DNA of 64,000 bases from Eledone cirrhosa. Lineage: Eukaryota. Positions 27,869-42,405 of this stretch are shown here, piece after piece. Positions within the stretch are counted from its first letter, which is position 1. Each line of letters begins with the position of its first letter. The position numbers were made by a program, and so were the translations under genes. The stretch spans positions 296,236,001 through 296,300,000 of the forward strand of contig OZ024741.1 in NCBI GenBank assembly GCA_964016885.1, read 5' to 3'. The notes under the pieces are model-generated. The model was not told the DNA's origin. It made no database searches and saw only the letters and a list, made by a program, of their open reading frames with translations.

Positions 27869-28374
27869 GAGGATGCTATGTATTCTCAGCAGTTCTAACG
27901 GGTAGCAGTGACGAGAGGATACTCTGTATTCTCAGCAGTTCTAATGGGTAGCAGAGACGAGAGGATACTATGTATTCTCAGCAGTTCTAACGGGTAGCAG
28001 AGACGAGAGGATACTATGTATTCTCAGCAGTTCTAACGGGTAGCAGTGACGAGAGGATACTATGTATTCTCAGCAGTTCTAACGGGTAGCAGTGACGAGA
28101 GGATACTATGTATTCTCAGCAGTTCTAACGGGTAGCAGAGACGAGAGGATACTATGTATTCTCAGCAGTTCTAACGGGTAGCAGTGACGAGAGGATACTA
28201 TGTATTCTCAGCAGTTCTAACGGGTAGCAGTGACGAGAGGATACTATGTATTCTCAGCAGTTCTAACGGGTAGCAGTGACGAGAGGATACTATGTATTCT
28301 CAGCAGTTCTAACGGGTAGCAGTGACGAGAGGATACTATGTATTCTCAGCAGTTCTAACGGGTAGCAGTGACGA
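27869..28374. repeat. 46-bp minisatellite, 11 copies
   Basis: GAGGATACTATGTATTCTCAGCAGTTCTAACGGGTAGCAG(T/A)GACGA repeated head-to-tail with no spacers. Confidence 0.95.
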
Positions 28375-28789
28375 GAGAGTAGACAATCTTGATATGAGGC
28401 AATAACTTCGCAACAATTGTCGACATTTTCCTCTCTACTACCGCTGGAGTAAAAGGATCACGCCAGTCATCTAGAAAACACACATGGTGTTATGAGGCTG
28501 CTTGCTTGCGAACGAACTGAATACTACTAATATTATTATAATATCATTAGTAATCACTCACGAACTCTCTCTCTCACACACATGCACGATGGACCACTTT
28601 TCTGGTGCATGATTGCTGCAAAACAATAGGCGAAACTGCTGTCGCGGCTTTGAAGAAAAAATAGGTATATGTTTCTCTATTATTTCCTCGTATGTAATAT
28701 ATATATATATATATATATAATATTAGATGATATTATAATGCACTGGGTAATTGCTGACCTTGTGCCTAAAGTAGAAACAATTATATATA

Positions 28790-28977
28790 ATTGTTTCTAC
28801 TTTTGACACAAAGCCTGCAAATACCCAGTACATTACTGGTACTTTATTTTATCGACCACGTAAGAATGAAAGGCAAAGTTAACCTCGGCGGGATTTGAAC
28901 TCAGATCATAAAGGGACGTAACTATGCTGAAAAGCATGGCGTCCGACCCTCTACCGATACTGCCAATCCACCGCCCT
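28790..28977 (-). mobile_element. SINE family 2
   Basis: Reverse complement of the family 2 consensus; tail-to-tail with a partial plus copy at 28738-28785. Confidence 0.8.
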
Positions 28978-29158
28978 AAATATTATATATAATATTAGAT
29001 ATTTACTCTCTCTAGAGTTGTGTTCTTTAGTTAATTTGTCCTCGTTTTACTGTGTGCGTTATCTTACAGAATACACTTACACACACACACACAGAGACAC
29101 ACACTTACACACACACACACACACACACTGACATATACACACTAACCCCCCTCCCCCC

Positions 29159-29196
<38 letters not shown>

Positions 29197-29292
29197 GAAT
29201 CAGGGTTTTTCCAGTTCAATTACTCGTTTCGGCTCACGGCTATAGAGTATTCTTTGGATTTTCATTAAGAACATCTGATATGTATATGTATG

Positions 29293-29352
<60 letters not shown>

Positions 29353-29412
29353 ATATATGTATATATATGTATATATATATTCACATATATATATATATAT
29401 ATATATTGACAT

Positions 29413-29504
<92 letters not shown>

Positions 29505-29804
29505 CAGGGGAGAGTGGTGTGGGGTATAAGAAGAAGGAAAATTAACGTGAAAGCCAAGGAAAGGTGGATGAAGGAGAAAACTATTGTCTGAGTAAGTGCG
29601 AGGGTGGAGAGATAGTTAGATAGATCGAGAGAAGGAGAGAGGGAGGGAGAGAGAGAGACATAGTTAAAGGGAGAGAGGGGCGAGAGCGATGGTGAGATAC
29701 AGGGATAGTGATAAATATATATATAGAGAGAGAGGGGAGAAAGAGAGAGTTGTTAAAGGGAGAGAGGGGCGAGAGAGATGGTGAGATATAGAGATAGGGA
29801 TATG

Positions 29805-29845
<41 letters not shown>

Positions 29846-30583
29846 GGGCGGAGAAAGAGAGAGATAAAGAGAAAGAAAGAGAGTTCCATTAATATTTAAT
29901 AATCTAGCGTGGATGTTTGTTAAGTCAGTGGAATGTAACATTAGATTCGCGTAGGATATTGCAAAGATATTAGGCAGACAAGTGAACAGAAATCACGTGT
30001 CGTACATCCGACATGGCCGACGACAACGTCATTGTCGTTAATGAATCTCAGTGAATCTCTTCACTTCTCAGTAACCAGTTGTGACTGGGTTCAGTTCAGA
30101 CAGACTGTGCGCGCACCTTGGGCAAGTGTTTTCTGCTACAGTTTTCGGTTTGACCAATGTCTTGTCAGCGGAATTTGATTGATAGAAACTACAGTAGTCT
30201 CTCGTGTATGTGGTAATCAGGGATTACCAAAACACTCATCTATTTGTATATGCGCTATAATTTATGTACATGGTATTTAGAGATAGATGGGAGAGATAGA
30301 TATAGATAAAGACAGGGACAGAGTTTGGTGGTAATAGATATAGATTTCTATTTATTTGCCACCAGGGCATCAAAGATTGGGACAAATACAAAGGGGAGAG
30401 TTTACATACATTTAAAAAGACGTGTAAAAAACATATATCAAATTAAATTTAACAATCGATGTCCTCAATAGGGAGGGGCGTTGACATGAGTCGCACACAC
30501 CCCCGAAAAAATGTGCAACCCTCCTCTTCAGGAGCACAAAGAGCGGGTGCTTCCTTCCTCTTCTCATTCTTCTCCTCTCTCAC

Positions 30584-33500
30584 CTACAGGCTGATATAGA
30601 GAGAAGGCCCATTCACTCGGGCCATTCTCGCTACTTTCACCCACCTTTCATAAAACTTGCTGGGGTAGAGCACCTCTCTCTCCATTCTGATCCTTCTTCT
30701 AAAGTGGTACTTGAAAAGAAAGACCAGTTGTTGGCCGGAGAAAAAGGTGTCTGACCTTTCAACCTTGTCCACCATACAACTTCTTTCGCCATGGCTATCA
30801 CACAGAGAAAACAGCCTCTCCTTCGTTTTTGAAAGGGGGAGGCTGTTTGATCGTGACAATGTTCTCGGTGGTCAACCGGATTGGTCCCACTCGCGACAGT
30901 AGTCGTTCCACATAGCCCCACAGGTCAGCAACGCCCGGGCAGTGTACGAACGAATGCGTGTGCGACGGTTTCCTCGTCACACACGCATCTCGAACAGATC
31001 TTCTTCGAGGGGTCCCTACCCGGGCGCCCGTGTCTGTAGAGCTTGTCCCGAACGGGTAGAGCTCCTCGGTAACATTGCCAAGCCAGGGACTTTTGGAAGT
31101 TGTCCATCGGTCCCGGGCCTAACGTCCTACCGAACAGACTGGCCAGCTCGTCTTCCTCCATGCCCAGAGCCTCTCCGAGAGCATCGTCGCACTTACTGCG
31201 CACCAACCCTCTATAGAATGTTGAGGTTGAGTCTCCACTGTTTGCCGGATCCGCTTGCCAGAAGGCCGTGAGCGCCTGGGCACATTCAATGTGCCAGTCG
31301 CCCACTTTTCTCGGACTTTGCTTGACCCAGGATTGCAGCTCGGTGAGTGAGACGAGTCTCGGAAAGGCTCGCCTCACAAACAGGGCCCACACCGGCTGAC
31401 CGGTGAGGAATACCTGGAGGTGCCGTAGCCTTAATGCGTGTCTACGCATCGTCAGCCACGGCACCCCCAGCACTCCGCTCGAAGGGTGTTGACAGCAGAT
31501 GGATCTTCTCACCAAAGGAGCCCGCTTCTTCCAAAGAAATCGGAAGAGCGCGCACTCCATTTTGACGAGTGTTTTCTCTGGGCAAGGCACGACGGTCAAG
31601 CGGTAGTAGATGACGGACGCTATATAAGCGTTCGCCACCTCCGCTCGACCTTTCAGGGATAGTTTGCACTCGGCCCACTTCTGGGCGAGTGCAAACACCT
31701 TGTCCGTTACCTCGTCCCAGTTTTTCACCACCTGGAGGTCCGGTCCGAACCAGACCCCGAGCAGCTTCACCGGTCCCTCCGTCCAGCGTCCGACGATGCC
31801 ATCGGAGGGCATCGTTTTGCCCCTCCACGTCCCGAGTTGCAAACCGACGGACTTGTCCCGGTTCAGCTTGGCTCCTGTGAACCTTTCATATTCCTCCAGT
31901 AAGGTGCTGATCTGCCCGATTTCCGAGGCGCACGACACCATTACTGTCACGTCATCGGCGTAGGCCGACACCGCTTTCCGCAATCCCGGTTCCAAGGGGA
32001 TGCCCTGCAACCGCTCCAGCTTCTGCAGTAGTGGCTCGAGAGCCAGCACATACAGGAGGGAGGAGAGAGGGCATCCCTGTCGGATGGATCGCGTGATTTG
32101 GAACGGCTCCGAGAGGTAGCCGTTCACCTTGACCCCCGAGCAGGTGTTGCTACTGTGTATTGCAGCAATCCAGCCCCTGAAAACGGGTCCGAAGCCTGCC
32201 GCCGCGAGCACCGCATCCAGGTACCGATAGTCAACCCTATCGAACGCCTTAGATTGATCCAAGTTGATCAGGGCCCCACCAAAGCCGGGTTCGTTCCCTA
32301 CCCTCTCTACGATGTATCGCATGAGATGGAGGTTGTCGTGTATGGACCTGGACGGGATTGCGCATGTCTGCGCTTCTCCCACCAGGTTCCCGACGACAAG
32401 CGCCAACCTCTTCGCTAACACCTTGGCCAAAATCTTTAACTCTGTGTTTAGCAGAGTTATGGGCCTGAAGTTATCTATGTCATCCCCCTTGTTCTCATCC
32501 TTCCTCACCAGCGTGACTACGCCCTTGGTCACAGAACTGGGAATTCTCTCGTTCTGTTGCCCGTTGCAGTAGACCGCCTCGAGGAGACCGGAGAACAAGC
32601 CCGGCATCGCTACATAAAGTTCGTATGGTAGACCATCGAGACCCGGAGATTTGCGTTTGCCGCATTGGCTCAGCGCTTCCCCTATTTCAGCGGCTGAACT
32701 GGGCCTATCGCAGGACTTCGCCTCCCCGTCCGAGAGCCGCGCCAGACCGTCGAGGTATGGACCGAAATCTATGGCCCCACCCGGCCTGCCGGCCCTCCCG
32801 AACAGTCGTGCAAAGCGCCGTTGAAAGGCCACGCTCATCCGCTCAGGTTCAAGGATCACGCGTCCATCCTGGTCCTTCAAAGACCGAATCGTGGACTTGT
32901 TTCCACTTTTTGCCTCTGTCACTCGGGCCCAGCTAACAGCTTTGGCTCCCTCGTTACCCAGAGCACGTATTTTACTCCTGACAACGCAGCCCTCGTGCTT
33001 CGCATCAAAGAACTGGTCTAGGGCCGTTCTTGACGCCAGCACGCCGGCCACGTTGCCACTCCTAATCGCCTCTTCTACTCTATTTGTTAATTCCCTTTCA
33101 GTTCTATTCCTATCTGATGCTAATTCCCGACTAAAACCTATCGATTCTATTCTAATTTCTCTCTTGAGAGAGCCCCACCACCTGCTGTCGACAATTGCCC
33201 CCGTCAAACGCTGCTTAACTAGTATGCTAATCTGCTTACTGTAAGCTTTGTTTGTCGGTAAAGACAAGTTTAGCTTCCAGTAACCGGGTCCCTGTCTATG
33301 AGTTCTATCAAGGTTGACCACTCCGGTCACCAACTTGTGATCCGAATAGTCAACCATGAACATTCGTGAACAGCTTAATATGTCCCTATCCTTATTTCTA
33401 ACTAGGAACCTATCCAGGTACGACCTAGATGTTCCGCTAAGATTAGTCCACGTGCACAGTGGCACAGTCGGAAAATCTAGTCGATATCTATCGGCCAGAT

Positions 33501-34017
33501 CAAATCGGCCGATTAATCGTTTGAGGCTGTTACACCCCCCTCTATCGGGACATGCCCCTACATAGTCCCAACGTGCATCCAGGATACCATTCCAGTCCCC
33601 CACTAAAAGCAAGGAGCGAGACGTTCCCAGGAAATTCTCCAGGCGTCGGAAGAAGTCCGGTCGCGGTGTCCCAGATGGAGCATACGCTGCCACCAGCCTG
33701 AAAGCTCCACCTTCACCACTGCCGACGTCTAAAACCACCAGTAGACCCTCCGGGTCCAAGTGTACCTTCTGTGTGGCAAGACGCAGGTATTTTCGCAGCA
33801 GAACGACAACCCCACCCCCACCCCTCGGCTGACAGAGAGATGCGTAGATCTCAAAGTCGTCGAAGATGGGGGCCAGTTGGCGCTCGCTGCTGATCCTGGA
33901 CTCGCAAATAACCATTACATCCACTCTGTGCGACCTGAGGTCATTTAAGAGTTTGCCCTGTTTCCAGGACATCCCCAGGCCGCGTGCATTCACACATCCA
34001 ACTCTTATATTGGCCAT
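30584..34017 (-). pseudogene. Tx1-like ORF2 (endonuclease-reverse transcriptase); 1030 aa open, C-terminus frameshifted
   Basis: VNARGL, GDWN, SYLDRF, SDH (APE); KSPGLDGLPYE, FRPITLLN, DQSKAFDRVD, RQGCPLS, YADD (RT); CSRC...ETVAHAF.HC. Frameshifts after about 30940. Confidence 0.9.
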
Positions 34018-34059
34018 GTTGGTGCTGAAGACTTAAAAAGGAAGAGGAAAGGAAATTAC

Positions 34060-35845
34060 TTACCTCTTCGTCTCCTGGGGACCAGGCTGCACAATTTCCA
34101 TGGGGGTGTTGGAAGGGTTGTTTGGTGGGGTGGTGGTTTGTGGTGGGGTGAGGACATCAGTGTGTGGTGGGATTAGGGTGTTTGGTGGGGTGTGGGTGTC
34201 TGGTGTGGGGGTGGGGAAACATCTCAAGAGGACGTGGTTAAGTGGTCTGGTGCAGTTGGTCCCCACATGCATTGGATCGTTCTTTTTCAAAGTTACATAG
34301 GTTTCCGTTGGGACCCTAATCATCATTAGGTGCGGTTTGTTCGCTGCTTAGGTGAAAGTGATACCTTCGGTTTCCACCGAAGGGTTATTTTCTACTGTTT
34401 TCATCAACGTTTTATTGTTCTTGTTAATGTATGTATTGAGTTTTTGTTGTGTTTGTTTTTGTTTGTTGTTCTTGTGCGTGTTTGCGTTTTGTAGTATGTG
34501 TTGTTTTGGGGACGGGTGGGTTTTTTTATTTGTGATGTTTGTTCTGTTTGTGCTGGTGGCATTTTTGTTAATGTGGTGCCTCTTTTTTTTCCTTTTCACC
34601 TGTTGAAAGGGTTCTCCCTCGTCGTCACTGGGTGACGTTGATACGGAGTCCTCTTCCATGTTGTTGGGGAGGGGTATATTTTGGGGTTTTGTTGTGGTTG
34701 CTTTTGTATTTGTTTTAGGTGGGGAGGGGTTGATTGGAACAGTGTTTTGTGTTCTTATTTTTCCGTGTTGTTGTGGTTGTTGTTGTTGTTGTGGTGGTGG
34801 TGGTTGTGTTGTTGTGTTCGGGGTTGGCAGGAGAGCCTTTTTTTTTTTACTCGTTAATTGAGGACAGGCAGCCCTCAGGTGACCCCTGCTTAAGCAGTGG
34901 TAACATGACTGCCGCCTTCCCTCTACTGAGATGTTTATATAAGTTAGCCCGTCCAGAGGCACGCGTTGTGGGATATTCGCTATTCGTTCTGGGATCATTT
35001 GCACCAGAACTTCTACGCTGGTCCCACCAAATACACCTCCGGAGTACTTTCCTATTGAAATTATCTTGTCTTCGTCAAAGTCAATGATTCCACATAGTAT
35101 CCACCAAATATTTACATTTGGTGTGATACTCATTATTTTTATTCTTTGTGTCCCTTTTCCCCTTGTATGTGGGGAAAAAGGTGAAGCGGGGGGACACAAT
35201 AGGTGATACCGAGTACTTTTGAGCTGTTGACTGGTTGTTCATTAGCACCGAAATGGTACCAAACAGTTTACCTTTTTGTATGAAGGTTAAGTCCTTCATT
35301 GCATCTTTTAGAACCAGCTCAATTTCATTTTGTGATAATTGAGCTGGTTTTCTTGTTTCGTTCGATATTGTCCTGAAAACCACAGTTTTCAGGACAGCCT
35401 CTCTATGTAATTCCTGTGGAGAATTGATGCTAAAAGCACCGTTTTCGCCAAAAGTCACGAATTGTTTTGCGTCTTGTAATAGTTGTTTAGCATTTGTTAT
35501 GTCTATTGGCGTGTATAGTTCGTTTTTTTTTACAGTCTGTGCGAATGTTGTTTTGGTGTTGTTGTCTTTTTTGTTGCTGCTGTTGTTGTCACTGTTGGTA
35601 ATATTGTTCATGTTTTCCTTGGTGTTGCTATTGTTGCAGTTGTTGGTTGTGGTGTTATTGTTGTTGTTCTTGTTGTTGGTGCTGGTATTATTTACCGGGT
35701 TTGGTTTCGTGGTTTCAATATTTTCAACGTTTTTCGATAATGCGAGGGGAGAAGGCTGCAAGCTTTGTACTCCTACCTTCCCTCCACCACTTTTCTTAGT
35801 GGGCGTGGCACTCACGACAGTGTGCGAGGTGGAAATGGCATCCAT
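34060..35845 (-). pseudogene. Tx1-like ORF1 (gag-like, CCHC zinc knuckle), frameshifted
   Basis: Overlapping ORFs 35081-35845, 34348-35199 (CYHCLSRGHLRAACP) and 34060-34326 lie directly upstream of ORF2. Confidence 0.75.
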
Positions 35846-36044
35846 TGCTGACTGCCAAATCTACAGTTTTGAGATGAAAATGAAAATTTCGCCCCAGAGA
35901 GGGGCGAAAATTAGTTGACTCAACGTCTGAAGACCCAGGCAAGGGGTTAAACTAAACAATGCTATTAAATTGAGCAATGAACTCACAGTTTTTTTGACAA
36001 TAATCCGTAAAAATCCGGAGCGAAGTAATTCACGTCTATATCAA

Positions 36045-37262
36045 GTGGTAATTGATATAGAGAGGTAGGTTGGGAGAGTGTGTTGTATATTAGATATAGA
36101 GGGGCGGTGATTGAAGTTAATTGATATAGAGAGGGGGATTGGGAGAGAGTGTTGTATGGTTGATGTAGAGAGGGGGAGAGGCAGGCGGTAATGAATAGAG
36201 AGGGTAGAGATAGATATTATTAAATATAGAGAGGGAGAGAGTTTAGTAGTGATGAATAGAGTGAGAGGGAATGAGAGAGAGAGCGTTGTATGGTACATAT
36301 AGAGAGGAGAATAGTTTGGTGGTAATTAATAGAGAGCGGGAGTTGGGAGAGAGTTCCGTGTAGTAGAAATAGAGAGGGGGGAGTTTTGTGTTAACTGATA
36401 TAGAGAAAGAGATTGGGAGAAAGTGTTGTATGGTTGATGTAGAGAGGGGAAGAGTTTGATGTTTATTGATATAGAGAGGGGGATTGGAAGAGAGTTCCGT
36501 GGAGTAGATATAGAGATGGGGACAGTTTGGTGTTAATTGATATAGAGAGAGGGATTGGAAAGAGAGTGTTGTTTGGCTGATGTAGAGAGGGGGAGAATTG
36601 GCTAGTGATAGACAGAGGGAGAGGGAATGAGAGAGAGTGTTGTATGGTATATATAGAGAGGGGGATAGTTTGGTGGTATTGGTATAGAGAGAGAGAGTTC
36701 CATGTAGTAGTATAGAGAGGAAGAGATTTTGGTGTTGATTGATATAGAGAGGGGTATTGGAAGAGAGTTGATTGATATAGAGAGGGGAAGAGTTTGGTGT
36801 TACTTGATATAGAGAGAGGGATTGGGAGAGAGTGTTGTATGGTTTATGAAGGGAGGGGTTGAGGTTGGCGGCAATGAATAGAGAGGGTTGATAGAGATAT
36901 GTATTGATAGATATATAGAGGGGGGGTTTGGTGTTAATTTATATTGAGAGGGGGGTTGGAAGAGAGGTCTGTGTAGTAGATATAGAGAGGGTGAGAGTGT
37001 GGTTTTAATTGATATAGAGAGGGGGATTGGAAGAGAGTTTCGTGTAGTAGATATAGAGGGGGAGAGTTTGGTGTTAATTGATATTGCGAGGGGGGTGGGA
37101 AGAGAGTTCTGTGTAGTAGATATAGAGAGGGTGAGAGTGTGGTTTTAATTGATATAGAGAGGGGGATTGGAAGAGAGTTCTGTGTAGTAGATATAGAGGG
37201 GGGAGAGTTTGCTGTTAATATATATATAGAGAGACGGGTATTAGAAGAGAGTCCCGTGTAGT
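36045..37262. repeat. degenerate GA-rich minisatellite (GATATAGAGAGGGGGAGAGTTTGGTGTTAATT-like)
   Basis: Recurrent alternating ~35-40-bp subunits; related sequence at 30280-30344 on the other side of the LINE. Confidence 0.8.
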
Positions 37263-37479
37263 AGTGTATGTTCTGGTATTTTCTCCCCAGCAACCAAAAC
37301 ACACATCTATTTGGATATGTGCTACAATTTATGTACATCTTATGTTTATGGCATATCGAAGTTTTCTTACCATTTTAGAGTACAAACAGCTAGACTAATC
37401 ACTACAACTAAATTGACTAACCCCCCCCCCCCCCCCCCCAATTCCGCAATGCTTCCACCGCCCGTGGTAATGAATGTAC

Positions 37480-38150
37480 AACATAGTGTATAATGGTAAT
37501 GTATATATAGCAGTGTGCAAAGTGGTGATATATAACAGAGTGAATAGTGGTGGCGTATATATAGTAATGTAAGTATAGTGGTGGCGTATATATAGTAATG
37601 TATGTATAGTGGTGATGTATATATATTTATGTAAGTATAGTGCTGATGTATATATAATCATGTAAGTATAGTGGTGATGTATATATAGTAATGTATGTAT
37701 AGTGGTGATGTATATATATAGTTATGTAAATATAGTGGTAATGTATATATAATCATGTATGTATAGTGGTGATGTATATATAGTAATGTATGGATAGTGG
37801 TGATGTATATATAGTAATGTAAGTATAGTGGTGATGTATATATAGTTATGTAAGTATAGTGGTGATGTATATATAGTAATGTATGTATAGTGGTGATGTG
37901 TATATAGTTATGTAAGTATAGTGGTGATGTATATATAGTAATGTATGTATAGTGGTGATGTATATATAGTAATGTATGTATAGTGGTGATGTGTATATAG
38001 TTATGTAAGTATAGTGGTGATGTATATATAGTAATGTATGTATAGTGGTGATGTATATATAGTTATGTATGTATAGTGGTGATGTATATATAATCATGTA
38101 TGTATAGTGGTGATGTATATATAGTAATGTGTACAATGGTGATGTATATA
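37480..38150. repeat. ~30-bp minisatellite (GTATAGTGGTGATGTATATATAGTAATGTAT)n
   Basis: Direct inspection. Confidence 0.9.
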
Positions 38151-38164
38151 TATATATAGCAGGC

Positions 38165-39500
38165 TTAGGGTGTTTCATATTTATGGGGAAAACTTTTTTG
38201 AATCACGTCATGTCGATTGCGTCCTGAATTCATTCTACATGAAACTGCGAGGAGATTCTACATGAAACTGCGAATATATTTAGAGGTTGCATAGTTTGGT
38301 GCTTTTTTCAATGCTATGCCAAAAATATACAAAAACATTACTTGAAGCTAATTTGTATTTTTTTTAGTCTATTTTTGACTATGTATGTGCAGGAAACATT
38401 TTTACCGTTTATAGGATCCTAAATGAAAAAGAAATGAACTTAGACTAAGTATGTAGAAATAATTTTACATTGGTGATTTTCTTATAGTGTTCGTATAAAG
38501 AAGTATTTGATATTACGTTAATGAGGTTAGTTTTTCGATATTTGTTTTGATAATTCAACAAGATAATGAGTTAACAATAAGGTTCTTATGCATTGTTGGT
38601 TCAGTGCTGGTTTTGTTGGCGTGTAGTAAACACAATGGTTTTCGTCAAATTCCACCCATTTAAAAAAAATTATAAAATAATTTTCTTCTTTTCATAGCCT
38701 AAATGGGTTTCAGAAATGTGAGAAACCAAAGGCTCGTTAAAATAAAATTGATTTGTTTATTTTGTTTTTCATCTTTCACAGAGAAAGCCATTTAGGTGCT
38801 TAAAGTTAACTAAAACTCGACTCCCATCTAAACAACAAGGGCTTTTGTTATCTCTCTACCATTACGTCGAACTCGGGTGGACAATTTCAGAAGCCTCAAA
38901 AAACACTAACCAGAATATCAAGGAAGTGTGGAGAAAAGAAAATACACCTACCAAAACGTAAAAAAACATCCGCACTTTAATCGAGAAATTGTATAAGTAG
39001 TATCAAGGACGAAAAAATGACTGGCAAAGCAATTATAAAGTGTGGGATTTGGAAAGGTGATCGAAGAAACTTTTGACATTGCAAGCCATGATGTTATTAA
39101 ACAAAATAATGTCCCATCTGAAGACAAAGCTTTCCTTGAGACACAGCAGAAAGATCGGATGCTTTCATTCCTGGCTGGTGTTGATGTAGAACATGCGTGA
39201 CTCACTCAGAAGAAGGAAATGAAGATTCATGATATGAAAGTAAGACAGAGAAAGCAGGATGAAGACTAGATGCCTGAGAAAGTAGCTCTTGAAAGTTCGT
39301 CATCTAGCTCAGCTATTAATGATGATGAGGATGAAGAAATTTTCAAGTCAAGAACCGCCCGGAAAATCACCGCCATTCTTGTTGTTATGTGGGAACAGGA
39401 AACACTATCAGTATAACAAGCAAGTACTTCTTACATCACAATTGCGGAGAGTCTTGTGCCCTGAAGGATGGTTTTGGACAAGGAGTTGTGGCGAAATACA
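38165..39500 (+). mobile_element. degraded DNA transposon remnant (tentatively hATm-like)
   Basis: Begins TTAGGGTG. The degraded frame 39063-39200, TFDIASHDVIKQNNVPSEDKAFLETQQKDRMLSFLAGVD, resembles the FDIA...ED..FL..Q...GVD region recalled from such transposases; not searched. Confidence 0.35.
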
Positions 39501-39748
39501 TGTTTAAGCTAGCAGGAACAAAATAATAATCATCTGTGGCTCTTTAAGCATTGCGTGTGAGGCAGGGGTGGGGGGCTACAGACCCCCCCCCCCCCATAAT
39601 CGATCACTAATCAAAAGAGTTTAATGGTGTAAGTTTAAACAGGAAAATCAGCTTAAGGAATTACTCTGTAACATAAAATCATATGACACAATGATTTCAA
39701 ATGAATGAAACAGTTCTAATCTCGTAGAAGTAATTTCTATCTGAAATA

Positions 39749-39842
<94 letters not shown>

Positions 39843-39894
39843 TTAATATATAAGGGAACAAAGAATCAGTGTTGCATCATATACATATTTTATT

Positions 39895-39986
39895 ACATAT
39901 TACATATGTTTCACTGTCGATCAGCTCGAGGAGTGATCTATTAATGATCGGACCTGACTCTGGAATCGGAAGCTCCTCAGATATGT
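39895..39986 (-). ncRNA. type I hammerhead ribozyme with ~60-nt stem II domain
   Basis: acatat-CTGAGGA-gcttccgatt...atcgacagt-GAAA-catatg-TA-atatgt. Perfect stem I, palindromic stem III; 55 bp from (TA)n. Confidence 0.8.
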
Positions 39987-40039
39987 TTTAATATGTAGAC
40001 TCGTGTCTGAGAGTGGTTGAATATTATTCCGATTCGTTC

Positions 40040-40119
<80 letters not shown>

Positions 40120-40349
40120 TGCGTGCGTGCGTACATGTGTGTGTGTGTGTGAGAGAGAGAGAGAGTGCAGGTGAAACTCCAGAGTCACAAGATTCGCAAT
40201 TTAGCCGTAATAAATGAATATTTAAACTAAACTCTTCTTCGGTATTGAGTACCCTTTTCCCTCGTCCATCAACTGCATACGGATATTTCACTTCACACAC
40301 AGAATTAGGATCGACCAAGTAGACATAGATTAAACATGAAGAACAACAC

Positions 40350-40350
<1 letters not shown>

Positions 40351-40430
<80 letters not shown>

Positions 40431-40445
40431 CGGTAGTAGTAGTGA

Positions 40446-40515
<70 letters not shown>

Positions 40516-40516
40516 T

Positions 40517-40549
<33 letters not shown>

Positions 40550-40550
40550 A

Positions 40551-40595
<45 letters not shown>

Positions 40596-40620
40596 CAGCG
40601 GCAGCCGCAGTAGCAGTTGT
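40351..40620. repeat. (AGT)n microsatellite
   Basis: Direct inspection; source of the poly-S/V/T ORFs. Confidence 0.95.
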
Positions 40621-40947
40621 TATAGTTTTATTAGTACAGTAATTATTCTTAGTGTTGTGGTTGTTGTTGTTGTTGTTGATGATGATGTTGTTGTGGTTGT
40701 TGTTGTTGTAACTCAGCACTGTTAATATTTCCGCAAATAAACACAATGAGATGCTGCGCACGCGTCAAATATTCACGTGGCTTCCAGCTGATGGACGAAA
40801 AGTAGGCGGTGGGTGTTTTTATATTAGGAACAACATCAACAACAACTACATTAACAACAACAAAAATAATAACAATTTTATTTGTTTGCATGCATTTGTT
40901 GATGTTTCGATTTACGTGTGTAAATGACGATTCGAAGGTACATGTAG

Positions 40948-41700
<753 letters not shown>

Positions 41701-42312
41701 CTTTGCTCAACAAATTTCTATGGAGCACACGCATAGGATTAATTATAATACAACATTCCCAGCCAGAAACTTAAGTTATGAAAGCAGTGTAATTATTGTA
41801 TCGACAGATTAACATATGAAAACGTTAAAGTACTCACAATTTCAACAATTGAAACAGCCAGTATCCGCCTAGTTTAGCACACAAAAATATGCTGGAGCAC
41901 AAAAACAATCAACGTCTAAGCTGGTATAAGTGCTCTTTCAAATTCTGTGGAGAATCCGCTAGTCATCGATTAATAATAAATTCATAAGCAGCAAATTCCA
42001 GATGAGGGAATATCATCAACCAGCAGTCGTGTAAGGGGTTTCCGAAAATCGACCTTACTACTAAATTTTCAAGCCAGTGCCGGCATTGCTAGTCGGTCAG
42101 CAAATGACAGCTGTAGTGGCTGACTGGCTGGGGTTGACGGTAATGCTTTATATATATCTTATCTATATAAATAAAAGTCGAATCGTGTCCGTCTGTGTGT
42201 CAGTCCACTCATGAGATGATTGAGTTTAAACGAAGGAAGAGGTATGGTGAAAATTCTACGGCGAAAAAAAAAAAATCAAACAGCGTTTCAACTTTTGCAC
42301 AAAGCTGTGTGC

Positions 42313-42405
<93 letters not shown>

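Larger units (their letters stand above)
30340..36040 (-). mobile_element. near full-length Tx1/L1-clade LINE
   Basis: ORF1 (zinc knuckle) + ORF2 (APE, RT, C-terminal CCHC); minus-strand AATAAA at 30351-30356; embedded in a GA-rich minisatellite. Confidence 0.9.

Noticed and set aside
27869-28374. CRISPR-like array
   Set aside because: Contiguous 46-bp units with no unique spacers, no cas genes, eukaryotic context.
29192-29280. HHR-like GAAACGAGTA on the minus strand between TA tracts (similar weak case at 51620-51665)
   Set aside because: The CTGANGA box and stem I are too degenerate to support a call.
40160-40351. Possible host exon (VDPNSVCEVKYPYAVDGRGKRV...)
   Set aside because: No recognisable domain, no convincing splice-site pair, and sandwiched between microsatellites.
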